This document shows, in pieces, positions 32,031-41,896 of a stretch of 64,000 nucleotides of DNA (the stretch's first letter is position 1; each line of letters begins with the position of its first letter). Position numbers and translations under genes: made by a program. Location: assembly GCA_965216875.1 (NCBI GenBank), contig OZ244207.1:1184001-1248000 (forward strand), given 5' to 3'. Source of the stretch: Rubripirellula sp. Its GTDB lineage: Bacteria > Planctomycetota > Planctomycetia > Pirellulales > Pirellulaceae. The notes under the pieces were generated by a model that was not told the DNA's origin, ran no database searches, and worked only from the letters and a program-made list of their open reading frames with translations.

Positions 32031-33158
32031 TTATCCGCGTTGTCGGGCATAGTGTTTGGCGAGTTCGTCTTTCGAGATACTGCCGTCGCGATCAAAATCG
32101 GAAAGGTTCATTAGCGTCCTAGGCAGCTGTCCCGGTTTAGCCGGCGAAAACAATTCGGTGGCTTCGATCGCATTGCTGCGGTTTGTGTCGTGGCGTCGAA
32201 ACATGGCCTGTGCTTTTCGATAGTCTTGATCTTCATAGCCTTTTTCTTTTCGTTGCTCGGCGATGGCAATCTCGACTTCCTTCCGCGTGACAACACCGTC
32301 TTTGTCGGTGTCATAGTCGGTCATTTCCGGCGAACGTGTCGCTTCAAAACCGGCGCCTTCACGAGCCTCGATGCGGCCGTCGGCATTCCAGTCCTGTCTC
32401 GAGAAGAGGGAATTGATCTTTTGTTGATCCGAAATCGTAAGTCCGAGTTGGCGGCGGTGCTTGGAAAGCATTGTTTCCAATTCAACGATAGTAAGTTTGC
32501 CGTTTGAGTCTTCATCAAAGTCGGCCAGCCTACTAGGCAAATACGTTTTTGCCGTTTCTTCGTCGTCCAATTCGCCGTCCTTGTTCGTGTCGAATTTCTG
32601 GATGAGACGACCGGCTCCGGAATGATCTACACCTTCGATGCCCAGTTCGCGGCGCAGACCTCTTGCGAAGGCGAAATGACGAGTGAGTTCGCCCAGCGTT
32701 ACGATGCCGTCATGATTTCGGTCGTAGTCGTCTGGCGGGCCGTTTGGCCAACCTCGTTCGATCTCTTCTTCATCCAGCTGCCCGTTCTTGTTTTTGTCGA
32801 AACGGCGTAGCTTTGTTTTGGCACTGTTGACATCGAGCGCCGTGATTCCAACATCATCACGCAGTTTGGCTTGGTGGACCGCAAACTCGAGATGCGAGAG
32901 TTTGCCGTCGCGATTGAAGTCGAAGTCCTTGGCATCGTCGCGCCAAGGAATGCGAGACATTTCTCCGTTGTCGACAAAACCGTCTTCGTCCAAATCGTAA
33001 ACGGTCATCAGATTGGTCGCGTCGCGCAGGTCTTCGGCGATCAGGACAAGTGTGATCGGGTCCTTCGGGGACTCTTCCTCCTGAGCGTCCACAGCCCACG
33101 GAGAGCAAACCTGAAGGACAAATAACGCAACGAGACACAGCAACGCATTTCTGCTCAT
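32031..33158 (-). CDS. secreted multi-EF-hand protein
   Basis: Many DxD/NxDG loops (DLDEDG, DFNRDG, DKNKNG, DTNKDG, DTDKDG, DFDRDG). Confidence 0.9.
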   Translation of the reverse strand: MSRNALLCLVALFVLQVCSPWAVDAQEEESPKDPITLVLIAEDLRDATNLMTVYDLDEDGFVDNGEMSRIPWRDDAKDFDFNRDGKLSHLEFAVHQAKLRDDVGITALDVNSAKTKLRRFDKNKNGQLDEEEIERGWPNGPPDDYDRNHDGIVTLGELTRHFAFARGLRRELGIEGVDHSGAGRLIQKFDTNKDGELDDEETAKTYLPSRLADFDEDSNGKLTIVELETMLSKHRRQLGLTISDQQKINSLFSRQDWNADGRIEAREGAGFEATRSPEMTDYDTDKDGVVTRKEVEIAIAEQRKEKGYEDQDYRKAQAMFRRHDTNRSNAIEATELFSPAKPGQLPRTLMNLSDFDRDGSISKDELAKHYARQRG

Positions 33159-33286
33159 CGAGGTTGCCTTGGTAAGCGGGTGAGGATGCTAATCACTTGC
33201 AGGATGACGGGATCAAGGTCATGGCCAACACCCAAATCCTGAATCCCCGTCTCCTTGATCATACCCTTCCGCTTTCACGAATGCTT

Positions 33287-33728
33287 GTAGCGTGTGTGCT
33301 CGCACGCACAAGCTTCGTCATCTCGGTAAGCGGCGATGAGTAACCGCGGATGAACGCAAATAGACGCAGATGGAGCTAAAGAACCTGCAATCAAGGCCGT
33401 CACATAATCTGTGTGCATCGGAGTCCATCTGCGGTTGCCACTCGCGCGCCCATAGTCGCCTTTCGCTCCGTCGAAAGTAGCGTCCCAAACTCCCCGCAAT
33501 TTCCGTAGCTTGTGTGCTCGCACGCACAGACTTCGCCACCTCGGGCAACGGCGATGAGTAACCGCAGATGAACGCAAATAGACACAGATAAATCTTCCGA
33601 ACCTGCAAAAATGATCATCCAACGACGAACTCACACAGAGACCTATCATCTGCGTGCATCTGAGTCCATCTGCGGTTCCCCCTCACGCACACATAGTCGC
33701 CTTTCGCTCCGCCGAAAGTAGCGTCCCC
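33287..33728. repeat. two tandem ~220-bp BIME-like composite repeat units
   Basis: Units begin GTAGC.TGTGTGCTCGCACGCAC at ~33287 and ~33505; each ends CATAGTCGCCTTTCGCTCCG.CGAAAGTAGCGTCCC. Confidence 0.9.
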
Positions 33729-33763
33729 AAGACACAAACAGTCCCGTGGTGTATGCCCACGCG

Positions 33764-34972
33764 CTACGACAACAGCACCGCTGAACGTCCTGAGGCCCAT
33801 TCGAGGTACAAGCGAATGCGAAGGATGTACTTGCGGCCGCGAAGCAGACGTACGTTGATCCGCGCGTTGAGTCCGGTGCCGCTATCATCGTCGCCAGCAA
33901 CGACTTCTTGTTCACCGTTGACGTCTTGTGACAGCACGATGAGCGTGTCGGAACGTCCGAACGTTTGAATGGTGTAGTCTCCAGTGAACTCGGGCTCGAT
34001 GACAAAGTTTTTTTGTTCACCGGCGGCAATGTCGAGGAATTCGGTTTGCAGAGGTAACAACTGCTTGAATTGGCGGTCGTCGATTTTGGGGTACAACTTA
34101 CGCGCTTCCGATTTGTCGACGTCGGTAAGGCCGTCGGTGGGGCGCAAGCCGTTGCGAAACCGTGCCGGTTCGACAATCAATCCAGCTCCAAAGCCGTAGT
34201 GCATGATGGAGTTCGGGTCCCAGTTGGAGCCTTCGACCTCTCGCCGCGAGAGCTTGCGGAGAATGTTGTGAAAGACCTGTTGCCGCGTCCAATTGTTGGG
34301 TGGCCCCGTGAACTCGTCGTACACGGCGTCCTCATCCCAGACGATGCCTGAGAACGGGTTTTGATGCTCGTGCGGAAAGCCGAGTGTATGCCCGATTTCG
34401 TGGATCGGTGTGTCGAGTCCTCCGCCTCGTGGATCACGTGTCAGGTCCCAACCAAAATTCATCGTACGTTCAAAACGACCTGGGAAATCGATGACATCGC
34501 GACCAACGTAAGACCACGACCCGTCGCCCCGAAGGAATCCAATGCGAATCTGAGCGTCATTGATGTTGTTGGTCTCCTCGAACTCAATTCCAATCCCCAC
34601 GTCTTCCCAGGCTTCGAAACCTCGTCGCACTAAATCTTCGTTGCTAGGCTCGCCTTTGAAGGGACCTTGCGAAAACATGTAGTACTTGAGTTTGGTGCCG
34701 CTCAGCCACTTCTTTTCCATGTAGCGTATCAGCCCGAGTCGTCGGTCCGAGACGCCAGGGTCGACCGGGCGCACAGGCGTTTCGGGCAGGTTGCACGTTC
34801 CCAAGCCGAAGTGATTGACGTTCGGTTTCTTACGTGGCCCGTCGTCTGATTTGCAGTGAGAATCGCAATCGTCAGAGTAGCCTTGTTCGTTGTTTTCGAG
34901 TTTGTCGAGACGGCGTGAAATTGCGTCCAGCTGTTTCTCGATCGTTTTGAGTGCTTTGTCTTTGTCGGCCAC
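33764..34972 (-). CDS. metzincin (M12/astacin-like) metallopeptidase with C-terminal PPC-like domain
   Basis: HEIGHTLGFPHEH, Met-turn SIMHY, DDDSGTGLNA; GTG start after GAGGAGG. Confidence 0.9.
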   Translation of the reverse strand: MADKDKALKTIEKQLDAISRRLDKLENNEQGYSDDCDSHCKSDDGPRKKPNVNHFGLGTCNLPETPVRPVDPGVSDRRLGLIRYMEKKWLSGTKLKYYMFSQGPFKGEPSNEDLVRRGFEAWEDVGIGIEFEETNNINDAQIRIGFLRGDGSWSYVGRDVIDFPGRFERTMNFGWDLTRDPRGGGLDTPIHEIGHTLGFPHEHQNPFSGIVWDEDAVYDEFTGPPNNWTRQQVFHNILRKLSRREVEGSNWDPNSIMHYGFGAGLIVEPARFRNGLRPTDGLTDVDKSEARKLYPKIDDRQFKQLLPLQTEFLDIAAGEQKNFVIEPEFTGDYTIQTFGRSDTLIVLSQDVNGEQEVVAGDDDSGTGLNARINVRLLRGRKYILRIRLYLEWASGRSAVLLS

Positions 34973-35488
34973 AGTAATCCTCCTCAATCGTATTGGAACC
35001 TAACGCGGCGATGTCGATGGGAAGAGTTCCGGCCGCCGTGTCGTCGAACACAATTCATGATGCGGCTGCAGATCGATTTGACTACGGAGCGCGTTTGGAA
35101 ACGCGGGGGAAGCGATGTGGAATGCCGGCGGCTCTACCGGTTCAACTTCGTTCACTGTCCTCCTGTTCAGGAACCTATTGGTCGCGGACGACGCGATGCT
35201 CCACCCCTGTTCCACTGATTCCGGCGTGTGTTCCTATGGCTATGCTTTTACCCACAACGAATACTCGCGAGTCTGAGGCGCAGACTAGTTTTGTCGCAAC
35301 TCAACTGCCGTTTCCATCGCAGTGGCCATCGCCTCTCTACGAAGTCCTAGCGTCTTCAATCTGCTATACAGAACGATAGCTGTTGGCGAGTAGGATTTGC
35401 CGACCGAGGCCGAGCGTGCTTATACCTTCCCGGCGTTACTGAAAAGTTGTTGGCACTATTGACTACGAGAATTGAGAAGTTGGCCCGA

Positions 35489-36598
35489 ATGCACAGTATG
35501 TTCGCGATGCTCCTGGTCACGCTCGCAATCCTCTCAGCCGGATGTCGTGAGCAAACGACTCTGAAGCCGCAAGTGTCGAACGTCAAGGCTGACGAAGAGA
35601 TTCTGTTCTTCCCTACATACGGCCAGATTGATCCGGAAGCGGACGTTTGGCGGTTCGACGTTCATGGAAAAGCGTTCGAACCCGAAATGAGCTCAACGAA
35701 GCGTGCAGCATTGATTGAAATGTTGCAATTATCTGCGGACGCGGGGGACGCTGCATTTCTTGATGAACGGATTCGCCCGTTTGTCGTCGATAATGAACGT
35801 GGAAAGACGGTGGTGATTAGGACGGGCGGCGAACAATTCGTTGCCGGAACGTCCAAGTCAAACGGGCACTTTGACAGTTCGTTGACCGCCAAAACAAATT
35901 CATCGGCGCTAAGCGAAGGTCGGAACCCGATTCTACGTTTCGAGGCTGTTTTGCGCGACGGCGACAAGCGAGCGTTTAAGGGCCGTGTGCACCTCATTGC
36001 TCGGCAGGGCATTTCGGTCATCTCGGACATCGATGACACGATCAAGCATTCGCAAGTGACGGACAAGTCGGAGTTGTTGCAAAACACGTTTCTGCGTGAA
36101 TTTCGCGCAATCGACGGAATGCCTGAGTTGTATAGCGATCTGAACGCTTCGGGCGTGTCATTTCACTACGTTTCCGGCAGCCCTTGGCAGCTCTATGAAT
36201 CGCTCCAAGCATTCATGTCCGACGTTGGTTTTCCGGAGGGCACCTTTCACCTGAAGCATTTCCGACTCAAGGATTCGAGCGCGCTGGACCTGCTTTCATC
36301 GCAGGAGCAAACGAAACTTGCGGCGATCACGCCGCTGCTTGAAGCGTTCCCTCAACGTCGCTTCATTTTTATCGGCGATTCGGGGGAGCAGGACCCGGAG
36401 ATCTACGGTCAACTTGCACGAAAGTATTCTGATCAGATCGTCGGCATCTTCATTCGTAACGCAACCGGCGAAAAGAAACCTGATCAGCGGTTTGCTGACG
36501 CTTTTCGGGACCTGCCCGATGATCACTGGATCCTCTTTGATGAAGTGGCCGAAATCACGGAGCGGATCAACACGCTGGCAAGTCAAATGCCCCGATAA
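35489..36598 (+). CDS. App1-family phosphatidate phosphatase (DUF2183), probable lipoprotein
   Basis: ISDIDDTIK, YVSGSPWQL, IGDSGEQDPEIY; lipobox LSAGC. Confidence 0.88.
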   Translation: MHSMFAMLLVTLAILSAGCREQTTLKPQVSNVKADEEILFFPTYGQIDPEADVWRFDVHGKAFEPEMSSTKRAALIEMLQLSADAGDAAFLDERIRPFVVDNERGKTVVIRTGGEQFVAGTSKSNGHFDSSLTAKTNSSALSEGRNPILRFEAVLRDGDKRAFKGRVHLIARQGISVISDIDDTIKHSQVTDKSELLQNTFLREFRAIDGMPELYSDLNASGVSFHYVSGSPWQLYESLQAFMSDVGFPEGTFHLKHFRLKDSSALDLLSSQEQTKLAAITPLLEAFPQRRFIFIGDSGEQDPEIYGQLARKYSDQIVGIFIRNATGEKKPDQRFADAFRDLPDDHWILFDEVAEITERINTLASQMPR

Positions 36599-36607
36599 CC
36601 CTTCGTC

Positions 36608-36647
36608 AGCTCTGTCATCATCCCCTAGCTCTGTCATCATCCCCTAG
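36608..36647. repeat. 19-bp tandem duplication
   Basis: AGCTCTGTCATCATCCCCT twice, then AG. Confidence 0.85.
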
Positions 36648-36751
36648 TGATGATCAAATTGAGAGGTGATTCAGCCGGGCGAAGAGCCCGGCTACATCGC
36701 GCGACTGTAGCCAGAAGACTCAAGGCACCGGTCCGTTACCAACTCGCCCAG

Positions 36752-37366
36752 TTACTTTTTCGTGCGTGCCCGTACAAGCAGAAAGGCTTGCTTGTCGCTT
36801 GGCGTCGGAAGCTCGACGAGATAGACTTCGCCATCGTCCCATCGGAACGCAGTCTCTAGGGCTTGCTTGCCAATCACAGGACGGCCGATCGGTACATCGA
36901 CTCCGGAAATCAAACGAGTTCCATCGGTCGTTCCGACCAACATGGTCAATTCCACCGAGACCTTCAGTTCACCGTCGTCGGTTGTCGCCAAGACTCCGAT
37001 CCGTGTCCCCAGTGGACTATCCGGCTCAAACGACTTGATCGACAACCTGTCGTCTCCGGTCTTTTCGAGATACTCAATCGGCCCCCGCGTCGTCGTTTCG
37101 ACCGTCGCCTGACGCCCCGATGTCACGATCACATTTGGCGCCGAGATCACCTTTGCGCCAGGAATGTTTTTCCAGATATCCCAGTCCACTCCCGAGTCGA
37201 CCAAGCTTTTCGAATCGCTTTCCCACAACCCTTCGCGCACTTCGACAATCCGCATCTCGATATGAACCACCGGTCCCGTTGGTTCGGCCAAAGACTTCGG
37301 TGCGGGCTCATCGGCCAACCCGATGGATCCACACAGGACCAAACCGAACAAAAGAAACATTCGCAT
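36752..37366 (-). CDS. exported protein with secretin-like segment
   Basis: Signal peptide; VHIEMRIVEV and KVISAPNVIVTSGRQATVE resemble secretin core motifs; AAGGAG RBS. Confidence 0.6.
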   Translation of the reverse strand: MRMFLLFGLVLCGSIGLADEPAPKSLAEPTGPVVHIEMRIVEVREGLWESDSKSLVDSGVDWDIWKNIPGAKVISAPNVIVTSGRQATVETTTRGPIEYLEKTGDDRLSIKSFEPDSPLGTRIGVLATTDDGELKVSVELTMLVGTTDGTRLISGVDVPIGRPVIGKQALETAFRWDDGEVYLVELPTPSDKQAFLLVRARTKK

Positions 37367-37442
37367 CACATTCTCCTTGTCAAAAACAATCATCCATGAA
37401 ACTTAGCGATCGAGATCGAACCGACAGATTCGATCTCGACCA

Positions 37443-37865
37443 CTAGAAATCGGTCAACGCTAGTTGATTGGCAGTGCTGAAAGAATCATTGAGGGCAGAC
37501 GATACTCCGTCATCGCTGACAACACGCCAATTCATTTGGTCATTGCCAAACAGTCGTGCCCGCGGTGTGGGCGTCGCGGTAAGAGGATCCACTGTCATCC
37601 GCTGCTCACCGGCGGCCGGTGGTACATGGTTCACGACAGCCAATCCGTCGGACCTAGCGTCCTGTCCGCCACCGACCATGCCACGCACCCCGTAGCCCAC
37701 CCATCCAGACACAACCGCGACGATCAGGAACGCAACGGGCTGCAATCGGAATCTTGCCCCGTTTCCGCGCTGATAGCCGGCGATCACATCGCCTACTCTT
37801 TCATCCAAGTGCGACGAAGGCTCAGGTTGCGCGCGAGCGGCGATTCGTTGTTCCAAGTCATCCAT
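37443..37865 (-). CDS. putative anti-sigma factor (single TM)
   Basis: Overlaps the ECF sigma stop; short cytoplasmic N-terminus then one TM helix. Confidence 0.65.
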   Translation of the reverse strand: MDDLEQRIAARAQPEPSSHLDERVGDVIAGYQRGNGARFRLQPVAFLIVAVVSGWVGYGVRGMVGGGQDARSDGLAVVNHVPPAAGEQRMTVDPLTATPTPRARLFGNDQMNWRVVSDDGVSSALNDSFSTANQLALTDF

Positions 37866-38361
37866 TTGCGCTGGCCCTTAGGTGTTGTCTCAGCTTGACC
37901 AAAGCCCTGCGGTATCGCGTCGCGACAGTCTGCAGCGGTGTGCCCGTGACCTCTCCGATCTCCCGGAAAGAAAGCCCGGTCTTCAAATGCAAATCCAATA
38001 GTTCTCTCGCTTCCGCAGTCAAGGAGGCGAGTGCTTCGTCGATCGCGTCATCTACAAAATCGCCGTCCGCCGTCGCTGTTTGTTCGACTGCCCACGATTG
38101 CTCCCAATCGGATTGGTCCAGCGACACGCTTCCTGGCCCCCGTCCTTCCTTGCGAGCCAGGTCGATCGCGGCGTTTCGAACCACACGAAACGCATACAGC
38201 CTGGGATCCTGCGGAGCAGATTGACGACGTGATAGCTGCACGAAAGCGTTGTGCACAGCATCCTCGGCAAGCTCCCGCCGACGCAGGACGTTCCACGCAA
38301 CGGAAAACAGTGCTTGGCGGTTTTGCCAATACAGTTGTGCAAGCCAGTTTGATTCGTCCAT
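37858..38361 (-). CDS. ECF RNA polymerase sigma factor
   Basis: AEDAVHNAF, VVRNAAID, LSFREIGEVTGTPLQTVATRYRRA. Confidence 0.92.
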   Translation of the reverse strand: MDESNWLAQLYWQNRQALFSVAWNVLRRRELAEDAVHNAFVQLSRRQSAPQDPRLYAFRVVRNAAIDLARKEGRGPGSVSLDQSDWEQSWAVEQTATADGDFVDDAIDEALASLTAEARELLDLHLKTGLSFREIGEVTGTPLQTVATRYRRALVKLRQHLRASANG

Positions 38362-38586
38362 CCATCCAATCCGTGGGTTCTATTGGTATCCACGAAGCCC
38401 ACCCGAAGGATTATTCACCATCGAATCAATTTTGGGAAATTGGTCCCGCGCGGCCACAGCCAGTTCGCGCTGCTTGGTCCTGATTTTGAGCACTCATGCT
38501 TCACGCCAGGCCGGGCAATCTTCGACTTGGGGCTGGCTGCGAGCGTCTCTTCGTGCATTGGGTCATGAAAGGATTGACCAGGCATT

Positions 38587-39294
38587 TCACTGGTTGAATT
38601 GAATGGAGGGGCTCACGACATCCCAAGGAATCTGCATGATCGTTTCGTCATCGTCATCTCCATCCCCATCCCCATCGGTAGCAACGAACGCATAGAGAGG
38701 CGTGTCGTAGGGTGAGCCGGTTCCGTTGGTCACGATCAGCCGCACGTCAAACAGCACCATAGGCGGGTCGCTGTCAAACGGCTGGGGCAATGTGCGCCGG
38801 CGCATTGGTCGATAGGCGTCATCACGCAGCAATTCCAACACCTCTTTCTCCGCAGGTTGCGTTGGTCCTGTCGAATAGATCTGCCCCAGCTTCTTTGCCG
38901 TTTTGCCGAGTTTGTGTTGAGTCCATACGTCGCTGTTGTCAAACGTACCGAGCACAAGCCCGATGTTCTCACTTGAGATGACTCCGTGGCAGATGATCGG
39001 CTTGAGCAGTTCGGGATGCTTTCGGTACCGCGACTTCCGTTGGCGAATCGGCTGCAACGTGAGCGCGGCAACGATGAAACCGAACCCCGTGCGAGCCCAT
39101 TTGATCGTCAAGACAATAATGATGCCGGCAACCAGGGTCACGAAGCAGACAAAGATCGCAAGTAGAAAAGAGATCTCGTGCTGTGCGAGCATCGCTTTCG
39201 CACGCGGTGACCGCAAGTATTCGGAAACCTCTTTTTCAAGCCGGAATTGATCAACGGTGATCAAAGGCTTCGCATTTTCAAAATCAGCAGACAT
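38587..39294 (-). CDS. hypothetical membrane protein (two TM helices)
   Basis: 235-aa ORF with two hydrophobic segments near the N-terminus. Confidence 0.7.
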   Translation of the reverse strand: MSADFENAKPLITVDQFRLEKEVSEYLRSPRAKAMLAQHEISFLLAIFVCFVTLVAGIIIVLTIKWARTGFGFIVAALTLQPIRQRKSRYRKHPELLKPIICHGVISSENIGLVLGTFDNSDVWTQHKLGKTAKKLGQIYSTGPTQPAEKEVLELLRDDAYRPMRRRTLPQPFDSDPPMVLFDVRLIVTNGTGSPYDTPLYAFVATDGDGDGDDDDETIMQIPWDVVSPSIQFNQ

Positions 39295-39451
39295 AGGTCA
39301 GTCGCGTCTCACAAGCCAAGGAACCAACAAGGAGAGACAGGTTACCGGGTTAACCCCGATGACTGAAAGCGGGTGCCACCAAAACTCCCGAAGATTGGAA
39401 TCACAGACACCGTGGCGACTTCGGCGTCGAAGGCAGCGAAGCAAAGACTGG

Positions 39452-40125
39452 CGCCAAATGACCTCCGCGTCATCTGCGTCCATTCGTGTCCATCTGCGGT
39501 TTCACCAGGGGCAACAAAACGCGGCAATGAGGCAACAACAATTGAGCCGCGATCGCGTAAGCGACCGGGCCTTAGTCGCCTTCACACTCGCTGCGCGTCG
39601 GCAAAGGCCCGAGGCCTCACGGCCAGCGGCTCACGGAAATTCCTGTGGCGTCGGTCGCGATCTGTGTTGGCCTACACTGAGGGATTTTCATTGCGGCCAC
39701 GCAAAAGGTGTCTGACACCTTTTTCCGCTGTCCTGTGGCACGCCCCATTGCGAAGCCGTCATCTCCGGGCTTGGTCGCTACTACGTGCTATGTGATGACT
39801 GCTGCAAGACCGCACTGTCAGCATTGCCCGGGCTACGCACAAGATAGCGGGAACCACCGCGGGGACCGGCCGCCAAGACTCCCAACGTTGCGAGGCACAG
39901 ATGGACGCCAAATGACCTCCGCGTCATCTGCGTCCATTCGTGTCCATCTGCGGTTTCACCAGGGGCAACAAAACGCGGTAATGAGGCAACAACGGAGCCG
40001 CGATCGCGTAAGCGGCCGGGCCTTAATCGCCTTCACCCTAGCTGCGCGTCGGCAAGGGCCCGAGGCCTCACGGCCAGCGGCTCACGGAGATTCATGTGGC
40101 GCGGCCGCGATCTGTGTTGGCCTAC
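39452..40125. repeat. two direct copies of a ~220-bp composite repeat (39452-39675, 39906-40125)
   Basis: CGCCAAATGACCTCCGCGTCATCTGCG...GGCCCGAGGCCTCACGGCCAGCGGCTCACGG...TCTGTGTTGGCCTAC; partial copy at ~41696-41775. Confidence 0.9.
39729..39847 (+). pseudogene. 3' fragment homologous to island gene 50839-51327
   Basis: Ungapped match to 51209-51327 with 11 mismatches in 119 bp and the same stop position. Confidence 0.85.
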
Positions 40126-41540
40126 GCTGAGGCATTTTCTTTGCGAATTGCCTTCACTTTCTCATCGACTTCGTTGTAGGCGACTTGGTGGGGCGGAGCG
40201 TTCGTCTTGCTGGCGATCGCAGCAGTGACTCCCGCATACTCGCCCATCGCAACGGCGTTTCCGGTCACTCGGTAGCTTGAATGGGCCACGAAGTCGCCAC
40301 TGATGCACCGCCCCGCCATCATGAGATTGTCAACGTTGGCAGCAAGCATTGCACCGAGCGGAATGTCAAACGGCTTCGCCTTGATTCCACGATTGCCGTA
40401 GCCGCCATCGCTTTTCTTGAGTGCGTGAATGTCGACGCAGAACTCCGAGGTGCAAACACTCTCGGCACTCTTCTTGCCGGCAACAACATCGGCCATCGTA
40501 ACACGCTCGCGCCCCTTCAAACGTCTGCCATCTCGCACGCCGATCTGCTCGCTCGTCGTCACCAGCCGAAGGTCTTTCCATTCCGGCAGCGTCTGCAATC
40601 CTCGCACGATCATGTTCAGTTCGTTTCTCGCACGAAACGTTGCGGCCGTAATCGCCGCGGCGTCGTCGGGACGCACGCCGTATTCATGGTTCATCATCAC
40701 GGACGCGATCGAACCTCCCATGTGGAAAATCGTGGGCTTGGTGTAACTCGGTTTGTAACCGCCTCGTTCGATTTCGGCTCGGAAACGATCTTTGTGCTTT
40801 CCGTCGCTGCTTCCTGTTCGCGTGAATGGCTTGATCAACTCCGGCGGTGCCGAGATCACTCCCATCAGCGACATCGGCTGACACGGACAATTCTCTGCGT
40901 CCGCATTTTCACCAATCTCAAACTCGCACCCTGCAAGCGCGCCAACATCGCCATCGCCGGTCGCGTCAATGACCACATCCGCTTTCCAAGCTTGGCGCCC
41001 TGACTTCGATTCGGTCATCACACCACGAATGCGGTTCGCAGAATCGACATCGACGCCGACAACGCGCGTATGAATCTGAACACCAATGCGAAGTTCGGTG
41101 ACAAGCGTTTCCAATACCCACTTCATCGTCTCGACATCATACATGTAGGACAGCCAAGACTGTGGACGCAAAGGTACATGACCATACTGATTGTTTGCAT
41201 CGTCCAGACGCCGAATCAATTCCGTGTTGAAACCCGGTTTGTCGGCATCGATCACGTATGACAGCATGCCGCTGGTCCAGACGCCCCCGAGACAACCATG
41301 GCATTCGAGGATTTGGACCGAAGCCCCTGCACGGGCCGCCGCGATCGCAGCACTGACTCCGGCCGGGCCACCACCGCAAACCAGCACGTCACATCGCCGT
41401 GCGATTGGAGTCTGCCGGGTGGGTTCGTTGACTGAATCTGGCGAAGCCGCCCCCGTCTCCTCAGCAAGGACCGACTGGATGCTACCGGAACCAAGAACCG
41501 CGGCCGTCCCAGCAAGCAAGTGACGTCGTTGAATAGGCAT
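40122..41540 (-). CDS. FAD-dependent oxidoreductase, Tat-exported
   Basis: QRRHLL Tat motif, VCGGGPAG, IDATGDGD, AGRCISGD. Confidence 0.9.
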   Translation of the reverse strand: MPIQRRHLLAGTAAVLGSGSIQSVLAEETGAASPDSVNEPTRQTPIARRCDVLVCGGGPAGVSAAIAAARAGASVQILECHGCLGGVWTSGMLSYVIDADKPGFNTELIRRLDDANNQYGHVPLRPQSWLSYMYDVETMKWVLETLVTELRIGVQIHTRVVGVDVDSANRIRGVMTESKSGRQAWKADVVIDATGDGDVGALAGCEFEIGENADAENCPCQPMSLMGVISAPPELIKPFTRTGSSDGKHKDRFRAEIERGGYKPSYTKPTIFHMGGSIASVMMNHEYGVRPDDAAAITAATFRARNELNMIVRGLQTLPEWKDLRLVTTSEQIGVRDGRRLKGRERVTMADVVAGKKSAESVCTSEFCVDIHALKKSDGGYGNRGIKAKPFDIPLGAMLAANVDNLMMAGRCISGDFVAHSSYRVTGNAVAMGEYAGVTAAIASKTNAPPHQVAYNEVDEKVKAIRKENASA

Positions 41541-41821
41541 GGTCTTCCTTTGAAATCTCTCGTCGGCAGTATCGGCAGACGTACTTGGTTCACAATGATA
41601 CCTCAGTGATTCGCGATTCAGTGTCGACGCGCTCCGGCGGCCGATGCCAGAACATTTGATTACCGTTCGGCCGGACAAGACACCGATCTAGATTCGGCCG
41701 CGACCGCGCAAGCAGCCGGGCCTTGATCGTGCGCGTTGGCAAAGGCCCGAGGCCTCACGGCCAGCGGCTCACCGGTAGCTTCGTTTCGAATGGGGCATTC
41801 CCTGGCTGCGGATTGGGATGC

Positions 41822-41867
41822 AAAAAAAAAAGCCCGGTTGACCGTTGGTTGGTCGACCGGGCTTTTT
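41822..41867 (-). terminator. terminator, probably the native tRNA-Arg terminator displaced by integration
   Basis: Minus strand AAAAAGCCCGGTCGACC-loop-GGTCAACCGGGCTTTTTTTTTT, 8 bp beyond the duplicated tRNA 3' end. Confidence 0.88.
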
Positions 41868-41875
41868 CGGTTGCA

Positions 41876-41896
41876 GTACACCCCAGAGGATTCGAA
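41876..41896. repeat. att core, distal copy (tRNA-Arg 3' end duplication)
   Basis: GTACACCCCAGAGGATTCGAA identical to 62184-62204. Confidence 0.95.

Noticed and set aside
33287..33728. Possible CRISPR array (also considered for the island palindromes)
   Set aside because: No constant repeat with regular unique spacers, no cas genes; the palindromes are 0.5-4.7 kb apart.
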